A stretch of 64,000 nucleotides of DNA from an uncultured Methanoregulaceae archaeon (lineage in GTDB: Archaea; Halobacteriota; Methanomicrobia; Methanomicrobiales; Methanospirillaceae), in the NCBI GenBank assembly GCA_963705255.1, contig OY970061.1:160001-224000 (forward strand), given 5' to 3'. The translations under genes and the position numbers were made by a program. This document shows positions 47,512 through 55,054 of the stretch, one piece after another. The notes below the pieces were generated by a model, which did no database searches, was not told where the DNA came from, and saw only the letters and a list, made by a program, of their open reading frames with translations. Each line of letters opens with the position of its first letter. Position 1 is the stretch's first letter.

Positions 47512-48908
47512 AGAAAGAAAAAAAAACTTCTCTGCAGGAAGAGACGTTTCCTGAAAATGAAGATATCCCCGAAGGCTGGAGAGAAGGAACCTTTTCAGAT
47601 TTGATTGGATCTGATGGTGTCTTTATTGATGGTGACTGGGTTGAGAGTAAAGATCAAGATCCTAACGGGGATGTTCGACTAATTCAATTAGCAGATATTG
47701 GTGACGGATTTTTTAGAGATAAATCGCACCGCTTTTTAACTAAAGAAAAATCTGCGGAGTTAAATTGCACATTCCTTCAAAAAGGCGATCTGCTCATCAG
47801 CCGAATGGGAGATCCATTGGGGAAATGTTGTATTTTTCCCGGGGATGAAAAATTATCGGTCGCTGCTGTGGATATTTGCATTGTTCGTCCGGGAAATTCG
47901 GGTACCGACATCAAATGGTTAATGCATCTAATAAATTCACCAAATTTTAGGAATAGAATTGATCTTTTTAGACGAGGGACAACACGAACTCGTATCTCCA
48001 GAAAAAATTTAGCTAGAATTCCATTTCCGATCCCATCGCTCGCCGAACAGCAGCGTATTGTTGCCCGTGTCGAAGCCCTCTTGACACAGGTCAACGCCGC
48101 CCGCGACCGGCTGAACCGGGTGCCTTTGATCATGAAACGGTTCCGGCAGACGGTGCTGGCCGCTGCGTGTTCCGGTAGGTTGACGGAGGGGTGGAGAGAG
48201 GAGAATCCAAAAGACTTCAGCGACCAGATAAATCAAAAAATTCTCCAAAAGATGGATAAGAAGAAGATATTACATAATTTCGAGTGGGAGGAAAATTTTT
48301 CTCTACCCTCGGATTGGATTCTAACTTTTATCGAAATTGTTGCAAAAGTAGATACAGGTACTACACCCTCACGAAAAAATCCCGATTATTGGGATAAGGG
48401 ATCGATTCCTTGGGTTACAAGCGGAGAACTGTATGATCCGTTCGTCGTTAATACTAAAGAGAAAATTAGTGAAATTGCCCTCAAAGAAACAAGACTTAAA
48501 ATTTTACCAAAGGGGACACTCCTTATCGCATTATACGGTCAGGGTATCACTCGTGGAAAAAGTTCTGAATTATTAATAGAAGCAACGACAAATCAAGCCT
48601 GTGGGACGATAAATATTTTTGACGAGTTTTCTCCGATAAAACCTTATTTGAAATTATATCTGCAAAAAAATTATGATGATATCAGAAAATTATCCACGGG
48701 GGGAGTTCAACCGAATTTAAATTTGAGTAAAATTAAATCGATGCCAATCCCCCTCCCTCCCCTTACCGAGCAGCACGAGATCGTCCGCCGTGTCGGAGCA
48801 CTGTTTGAGCGTGCGGATGCGATAGATCGGGAGGTTGCTGCGGCGGGCCGGCGGTGCGAGCGGTTGACGCAGGCGGTGCTGGGGAAGGCGTTTACGGGGA
48901 AATTGTGA
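47508..48908 (+). CDS. hsdS: Type I R-M specificity subunit
   Basis: IPEGW; two TRDs separated by PIPSLAEQQRIV; PLPPLTEQHEIV; LGKAFTGKL. Confidence 0.96.
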   Translation: MKKEKKTSLQEETFPENEDIPEGWREGTFSDLIGSDGVFIDGDWVESKDQDPNGDVRLIQLADIGDGFFRDKSHRFLTKEKSAELNCTFLQKGDLLISRMGDPLGKCCIFPGDEKLSVAAVDICIVRPGNSGTDIKWLMHLINSPNFRNRIDLFRRGTTRTRISRKNLARIPFPIPSLAEQQRIVARVEALLTQVNAARDRLNRVPLIMKRFRQTVLAAACSGRLTEGWREENPKDFSDQINQKILQKMDKKKILHNFEWEENFSLPSDWILTFIEIVAKVDTGTTPSRKNPDYWDKGSIPWVTSGELYDPFVVNTKEKISEIALKETRLKILPKGTLLIALYGQGITRGKSSELLIEATTNQACGTINIFDEFSPIKPYLKLYLQKNYDDIRKLSTGGVQPNLNLSKIKSMPIPLPPLTEQHEIVRRVGALFERADAIDREVAAAGRRCERLTQAVLGKAFTGKL

Positions 48909-48931
48909 TAGAAGACCAATTTAAAAAATAA

Positions 48932-49684
48932 TTAGAATGAGAGAGATCGTCCGTCACCGCAAAGTTCTTTTCTTTGGATCCAAATAGCCCGATTTTCTCC
49001 TTGCCCGGGTTTGATAATTAAAACGTCGACAGGGCCACCTACGGTTTTTATTCTTCCCAAGAATCTCATTGTGTCCCTTGTGACTTTCACTGCGAAAATC
49101 GCGAAATCAATCGCATCTTGCAGTGTAAAAAACGCCCATTGCACCGGTGCTTCGGGCAATGGGATATTTGTCCCGTCATTTTGGATTAAAGAAATCTTGG
49201 ATATTAATCGAGACATTATTTCGATCTCACCATTCCAAGCGGACTCTCCGGATTGTCCTGGTTGAATTACATCATCAATTTTATTTAATGCAACATAAAC
49301 TCGCCAAATATGGGGAATTTGTTTACCATTTTCGTCAATATATCCGGCGACTTGGAAATACGTATCTGGTATAACGGGTAAGGATCGGAAAAAATCAAGC
49401 AGTTGTTTGGGAACCTCCTTAAGATCAGGCTGATTGCCATCGAGTTTTTCATGTATGAAAGATTCGATGTAGCCACTGATTGGTACTCCTTGAATATCTG
49501 CTACCCCAAAAGTTGAGATTCCAATATTTCCCGGTGCCAAGAATGTCTTATAGTTCGCATCAGATTGAGGGAACGATAGTTGAACTTGTTGATTGTTCTG
49601 TTGTACAAATGTATTCAGAGTTAATCGGCTATCGCTAGCCATGACAATTCCTTCTTGTGTCCATAATGTAATGATAAAAGTCAT
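48932..49684 (-). CDS. Stand-alone proteasome-beta/HslV-like Ntn hydrolase
   Basis: M-T start, GIVMASDSRLT, YKTF, GISTFG, FQVAGY, TVGGPVDVLII; fold assigned by motif recognition. Confidence 0.75.
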   Translation of the reverse strand: MTFIITLWTQEGIVMASDSRLTLNTFVQQNNQQVQLSFPQSDANYKTFLAPGNIGISTFGVADIQGVPISGYIESFIHEKLDGNQPDLKEVPKQLLDFFRSLPVIPDTYFQVAGYIDENGKQIPHIWRVYVALNKIDDVIQPGQSGESAWNGEIEIMSRLISKISLIQNDGTNIPLPEAPVQWAFFTLQDAIDFAIFAVKVTRDTMRFLGRIKTVGGPVDVLIIKPGQGENRAIWIQRKELCGDGRSLSF

Positions 49685-49742
49685 GTTTTTACCTAAATTT
49701 TTGATTTTTTTCTCCGTCGATTACATTTGAGTACGAATTTTT

Positions 49743-49883
49743 TTATCTAATTGCCCAGAGAACACTAAGGCTGAAACCACCAAACAGTATTAACCAGCCA
49801 ATGGCATTGCCAGCAAGGATTAACACGCCACCAATGAGAATGCCAGCAGCAGGTCCTGTGCCCGCACTAAGACTGGAAACCAT
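49743..49883 (-). CDS. 46-aa glycine-rich hydrophobic peptide (not in ORF track)
   Basis: MVSSLSAGTGPAAGILIGGVLILAGNAIGWLILFGGFSLSVLWAIR, preceded by strong RBS ggaggtgaaaggagt. Confidence 0.75.
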   Translation of the reverse strand: MVSSLSAGTGPAAGILIGGVLILAGNAIGWLILFGGFSLSVLWAIR

Positions 49884-49985
49884 ACTCCTTTCACCTCCTT
49901 AATTGATCTTTGTATCGACCATTATTTAGTTCTGAATATCTTATTAAGGTAAAAAATCTAAATATGCTAAATGAGCCGATAGGAT

Positions 49986-50720
49986 ATGCTGAAATTGCGT
50001 GTTCACATTGTACCCATTGGTTTTGAGATCGACCGCGTAATTGAACCTCTGATTAGACTCAGGGCAGATAAAGTCTGGTTGATTGTCGATGATACAATTG
50101 AGAAGAGTGATGCGAGTATTCATTATACCAAAGTCAAAGAACGTGTCCATGAATTGAAAATTGATTTTGATGAACGTCGGTGTGATATCCAATCTTTATT
50201 CGATCTTCTTAACATTTACAGAATAATTATCGAAGAAGAACAACATAATCAAATCTTCATCAATGTTTCGACAGGAAACAAAATTGAAGCGATTGCCGGC
50301 ATGATGGCGGCTATGATTTTCAATAATGAGACTGTAGATGCAACGCCATATTATGTTGTCCCGGAAAATTATGAGATTACACCGAAGAAAGGACAACAAC
50401 TTACGAGCGGATTTAAACATATAATCCAGCTTCCGAATTACAAAATTGAGCGTCCTAAAGAGGTCCTTATATCTGCACTGAAAATAATTCAGGATAATGA
50501 TTCTGTAAGTAAAAAAATTCTCATCGAAAAATTCATTGCAATGAAATTGATTGTTATCGAAAGCGATCATACGGAAGCTGCAAAACATTCTCAGTTGAAT
50601 AAAAAATACTTAGAGCCTCTCTCGCAAAAAGGTTTGATTGATATTCAGGGAAAGGGGAAGGCCGCCCGAATTAAAATCACCAATGACGGAAATAATATTT
50701 TGAAATTTTTACCAAAATGA
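49986..50720 (+). CDS. DUF6293/HFX_2341-type CARF-like + winged-HTH regulator
   Basis: RVHIVPIGFEIDRVIEP, ADKVWLI, INVSTGNKIEAIAG, YYVVPENY, C-terminal wHTH (YLEPLSQKGLI..ITNDG). Confidence 0.8.
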   Translation: MLKLRVHIVPIGFEIDRVIEPLIRLRADKVWLIVDDTIEKSDASIHYTKVKERVHELKIDFDERRCDIQSLFDLLNIYRIIIEEEQHNQIFINVSTGNKIEAIAGMMAAMIFNNETVDATPYYVVPENYEITPKKGQQLTSGFKHIIQLPNYKIERPKEVLISALKIIQDNDSVSKKILIEKFIAMKLIVIESDHTEAAKHSQLNKKYLEPLSQKGLIDIQGKGKAARIKITNDGNNILKFLPK

Positions 50721-50741
50721 CAAATTTCCATGAAAAGAGAA

Positions 50742-51557
50742 TCACATAATTAATTTTAATTTTGTCTTGATACTATCCTTCCATCGAATTTTTTGGGAGT
50801 CGTTAAAAATTCTATAAATCTCCTTCAAATGCTCCTCACTATAATTTTTCCGTATCGAATCATAATATGAAACCTCGGCTTTCCGGACATTATTTCGCGG
50901 AATATAATTCATCATCCCAAGCCAGATGGACTCAGAGACGTATGGAGAAATCATATCAATGAGTGGTTTGGGATCATAATCCAGAAAAGGTTCGATAGAA
51001 ACGCTGGTTTTGTACCCTTTTTTGAAAGCATATTGTAACGACTTCAATCGTTCTTGAAACAGTGGCGCATTGGGCTCCCAGAATTTCAATAATTGATTAT
51101 CGGATGAGGTAATGGTGAATCTGAATTGAATCTGCTCTTTATAGTCTGAAAATTCCTTATCAATTTTTTTAATAATTGTCAATCTCGGCTTGGTTGTCAC
51201 TAATACTTCGTTATCACTTTTTAACAGATTTTCAAGGACGGTAAAACATGCATCCTCATATTCTGACATATCAAAGATATCGTGAGAACTGGGGAACATC
51301 ACTCTCCCGGAAAATTTTCTGAATTTTGAATTCACAACATCTTCGCGGATGATCATTTTTTTCCAGGTATTATTGGTGGCCCGTCCGAAGCGTTTCGCCA
51401 TCAGCATGGCATAGCAATACCGGCAGTTATTGTAACAACCCTTAATGCAATTGATATTATGATCAGCCCATTCCTTCGTCCCGGTGGGAATTTTTTCAAG
51501 GGAACAATTTGAATTTCTTTCTTTCATCCGAACACTCCGTTTACTAAAACTGATCAA
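50742..51557 (-). CDS. Radical SAM protein, DUF5131 (phage Gp37/Gp68)-like
   Basis: EWADHNINCIKGCYNNCRYCYA (CxxxCxxC), SSHDIF, TTKP, SIEPFL. Confidence 0.8.
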   Translation of the reverse strand: MISFSKRSVRMKERNSNCSLEKIPTGTKEWADHNINCIKGCYNNCRYCYAMLMAKRFGRATNNTWKKMIIREDVVNSKFRKFSGRVMFPSSHDIFDMSEYEDACFTVLENLLKSDNEVLVTTKPRLTIIKKIDKEFSDYKEQIQFRFTITSSDNQLLKFWEPNAPLFQERLKSLQYAFKKGYKTSVSIEPFLDYDPKPLIDMISPYVSESIWLGMMNYIPRNNVRKAEVSYYDSIRKNYSEEHLKEIYRIFNDSQKIRWKDSIKTKLKLIM

Positions 51558-52879
51558 ATGTAAATTGTCCGGATTTTGCAGGTATAAATGTCGAATGTCT
51601 GGATGTGAAAGAATCCGGTGAGATTGGAATCAATGGGGAGGGCAAATCAACACCCAGTTTTTCCTTACAATACAGCCAGTTTAAAGTATATTTTTGATAC
51701 GGTGAACCCCAAGCATCGGGTTGTTCAACAGGGAGAAGATAAGAGTTCTGTTCAAGCCATTTCATTGCATTATCCCGTCGGCTACTAATTACTTCAAACC
51801 GTCTAATGTCTGAACACATCAAATCCCGGATACCGATCTCATGTTTAATTATGGCCCATAGTATCTTCCACTCCAAGGGTTTTGTCGTACCAGTAAAATC
51901 TTTGCAGAGATCGTGATGAAGGATTTTGAAATAATTGTACGCAATAGTATTATCCTGATTAACTTTTTTATTCCTCATTCTTTGGGAGTAATGACTTTTT
52001 GTCTCTCTGATTCCGGCCTCATAATTTGAACAAATGATCAGATGATAAAGCTGACTTTTTTTCGGTTTGAATGGGAGAGGAAGAACATATCTAAACCATT
52101 TTTGCAGCTTTGCCTGATACAAATTTACAAAATTGTTCTGTCGTTGTAAAATATCATCAGGACGAAGAATTTTTGATCGCCAGTCTGGTGTCACCGAATA
52201 AATTATCAGCTTCGGCTATCGAACGTTTTTCAGGATCCGACCAGATTTGTTCGTTATTATGAGTAGGAAAAGCAGCAAATTCATCCCTACCAAGGAAATA
52301 ATCGGAAGTAAACAGAAATATGATAAATTCGGTTCCTGTCTGGTAGTAATGTTTTATTCGATCTCTAGCGACCTTTTCAATTAGTTCCCATCTTACCATT
52401 CTCAATGGATCAAAGAAAAAAATGCTATTCCCTAATTTTATCACTGCAATTTTTTTAAGTGATTCATCCAGATTCAAATTCATTAAAAAAATATTCGTTG
52501 GGTTCTGGTCAACCGGACCTTCACAGACTTTGACCGGAATGCCTGGCAATCTTCGAGAGATTACGTTGGTTAAGTGATTATAACAGGTTCCATCTTCTTC
52601 AATTAAAACAAGTTTCAGGCTATTTTTCTCATCCAATTTCTTCTTAAGCTCTATCGAGTGTCCTGCCGAACCGAGCAGAGTTTGATCGAGTTCTTTAATG
52701 AACACCTCACCGCTACCGGCATTTAATTCGACTATTGCGGTCGGATAACTATGACCACTTTTGTCTCCACCGGAAGTAATTTTCCACCAAAATTCATAAT
52801 ATTGACCGATTATTTCAGATTTTATTGCTGTTCCGGTGATTCCACTAAGACAAATAGCATCTCCGTGGAATTCAAGCAT
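51544..52879 (-). CDS. Three-Cys-motif partner protein TcmP-like methyltransferase with C-terminal extension (frameshift near 52190)
   Basis: K..I..YY..W, ELNAGSG, GSA, LIEED, FFFDP, TEFII, YHLIICS; adjacent to the DUF5131-like radical SAM gene. Confidence 0.72.
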
Positions 52880-52939
52880 ACTTTCTTTTTAATTTTTTAA
52901 AAATTTATAAATGTTTATTCGAAGAAAATAGCAAAACAC

Positions 52940-53332
52940 TCACTCAATGACCGGCAACCCATCCACATAACAATACGACTGCGGCGGCACAAACCCCGGC
53001 ACCGTCTTCCACGGATCGATCGGATCGTCAAATTCCTGCAGGTTCGATATCCCGATCGCATACCCCCGCGTTCGCCCGGCAAAATAGGAGAAGAACTCGC
53101 GGACATCGATACCGGCATAATCTTTGACGTTATCCCAGAGATCAACCGGGTGATTTTCGAAAATACCCCCAACTTCAAATGAGGCCACGATTTTTTTCAC
53201 GGGCGATGAAGAATAGATGTAGATCCGGTTGATCTCACGATTCCTGAAGATCGTCTTCCGGAACTCGTACCTTTTTTCCCCTTCAAGAATGGACTTTACG
53301 TATTTTGGCTAAATTGACAGTAATACGTCCAT
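52940..53332 (-). CDS. ASCH/PUA-domain protein with in-frame TAG at codon 8
   Basis: MDVLLSI*PKYVKSILEGKKRYEFRK..IYIYSSSPVKKIV..PPQSYCY. Confidence 0.85.
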
Positions 53333-53403
53333 TGATGCCTCCGCGGGCTTTTATGATTCTATATTTGTCATCGGGTATGTTGTTTATGGTCATGGGAACC
53401 GTT

Positions 53404-53776
53404 GACAATTCCCAAAAATCCCCAGCTCCGGACCCGCCAATAAAAAATAATTCCCGCATCCGGATGTGACAATTTAGAAAAATTGCCGGATCGGTTAGTG
53501 GCAATTTTAAAAAATTCCCGGATCCGGAGGTGGCAATAAAAAATAATTGCCGGATCGGTTTGCGGCAATTTTGCCGGAAAAATCCGGAAATTCTGCGAAA
53601 TCTCCGACGGAGCGCCCCTCCCGCGGACCCGCCGATAAAAAATAATTGCCAGGTCCGGAGGTGACAATTTAGAAAAATTGCCAGATCGGTTGGTGGCAAT
53701 TTTAAAAAATTCCCGGGTCCGGATGTGGCAATAAAAAATAATTGCCAGGTCCGGAGGTGACAATTTAGAAAAAATG
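53404..53776. repeat. Array of 11 x 32-bp palindromic units (GRCAAT-N8-ATTSCC plus 12 bp) in two blocks
   Basis: Unit starts at 53404, 53436, 53468, 53500, 53532, 53564, then 53631, 53663, 53695, 53727, 53759. Confidence 0.92.
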
Positions 53777-53929
53777 TGCATAAAGTCAGCACGAATTTCA
53801 TGCACATTGCTGAAAATGCTCATAGCATTTTCATGCTTGATTCCCGGATCGGTTCGTGACAAGTGCAATAACCGCAACTTTTTATGAATCTCTTCATTTA
53901 AAAGAATGAAGAATCAACATATAGGTATC

Positions 53930-54105
53930 ATGGGAACGATCCGGGACAAGGAACAGGAGATGATTGCGCAGCAGGCCCTTGCACTTCTCGACAAAGAGCA
54001 CCACCTGGGAAAATACCAGTACCGAACACGGCAGGATATCCATGACCGGGAATCCTGTACTGATTGATACCAATATCCTCGTGTACGCATCCGATGCAAT
54101 CACCG
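53930..54105 (+). pseudogene. vapBC-type toxin-antitoxin remnant: 45-aa antitoxin-like ORF (53930-54067) plus PIN toxin truncated after ~20 codons (from 54042)
   Basis: MGTIRDKEQEMIAQQALALLDKEHHLGKYQYRTRQDIHDR overlapping MTGNPVLIDTNILVYASD (PIN motif I). Confidence 0.7.
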
Positions 54106-54121
54106 GGCCAAAATCCCGGAT

Positions 54122-54396
54122 CCCTCACCCAAAATCCCGGATCTCCGGAACACCTCTCCGGGGCCGTCCGGCCGAAAACGCGTACTCCACCTCCCCCCAC
54201 GCCTTCTCCAGCAGCCCCCGGTAGTAGACCGGATCGAACTTCCCCGCGCCCCACTCCGTATCGACGATGTACCTCCGGGCGTCCCGCACCACGTACCGGA
54301 TCTTCATGCCCGGCTCGATGCCCGTCCCGCTCCTGCGGTACGCCTCCACCGCCGCCCCCTCCACGCAGCGGTGGGCGTACGTGAGGCGGCTGGTCC
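54122..54396 (-). pseudogene. Diverged duplicate of the polB2 3' end
   Basis: Aligns with 55052-55335 (SRLTYAHRCVEGAAV..YYRGLLEKAWGEVEYAF); many differences are synonymous. Confidence 0.9.
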
Positions 54397-54457
54397 GGGG
54401 GTTTCGTACTGGTGCCGGGACCGCGGCTGATCCGGGAGATGGCGTGAAAATTCCCGG

Positions 54458-54563
54458 CTTCCGGGTTCCGCCGAGGGTTCTCCGGCGGATCCGGAAGTTC
54501 ACGAACTTCCGGGTTCCGCCAAATGTTCTTTGGCAAATCCGGAAGTCATGGACTTCCGGCTTC
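54458..54563. repeat. Tandem ~48-bp hairpin repeat, about 2.2 copies
   Basis: cttccgg starts at 54458, 54506 and 54553; stems ccggaagt..acttccgg and gccg..cggc / gcca..tggc. Confidence 0.75.
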
Positions 54564-54632
54564 CAAAACTTTAAGTTCCCCGCTGTCGAGTGTCCACACA
54601 AGATGAGGTGATGTCGTATACCGTCAAAACTT

Positions 54633-55037
54633 ATGGAGTACTTCAACAAATCGCCACGGATCGGGACCCTCGGTACCGCCGACAAAGGGGGAAACGTTGA
54701 TTCCGCCGTCTTCGGCTCGCCCCGGATGGTCGACGAGAAGACGGTCGTCATGGGGCTGGGGAAGAACCGCACGCTCGCAAATCTCCAGCAGAACCCGAAC
54801 GCCGTGTTCCTGATCATGGAACCGTCGGCAGACTTCATGGACTGGAAGGGGATCCGCGTGTACCTGAAGGCAGAGAGTATCGCAACGATCGGCCCGGTGC
54901 TCGATACGTTCAGGCTCCGGATGGCGAAGATTATCGGGGAAGAGGCGGCGAAGATGATCCATGCCACGGTGAGCTTCTCGGTCACGGAAGTCCGGCCGCT
55001 CAGCGACATGGGCCAGGGATGGGAGGAGTCGGTGTAG
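54633..55037 (+). CDS. Pyridoxamine 5'-phosphate oxidase-like FMN-binding protein
   Basis: RIGTLGTADKGGNVDSA, RTLANLQQNPNA, GIRVYL. Confidence 0.85.
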   Translation: MEYFNKSPRIGTLGTADKGGNVDSAVFGSPRMVDEKTVVMGLGKNRTLANLQQNPNAVFLIMEPSADFMDWKGIRVYLKAESIATIGPVLDTFRLRMAKIIGEEAAKMIHATVSFSVTEVRPLSDMGQGWEESV

Positions 55038-55054
55038 GGATTGTCGTTGCCCCC

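Noticed and set aside
49986-50720. Csa3/CRISPR-Cas locus implied by the CARF-like regulator
   Set aside because: No cas genes or array in the window; it fits the stand-alone DUF6293/HFX_2341 type better
53404-53776. CRISPR array
   Set aside because: Linkers are only 12 bp and repeat rather than being unique spacers; no cas genes present
53283-53877. 174-aa and 169-aa repeat-containing ORFs
   Set aside because: They are translations of the 32-bp DNA repeat, whose period is not a multiple of 3
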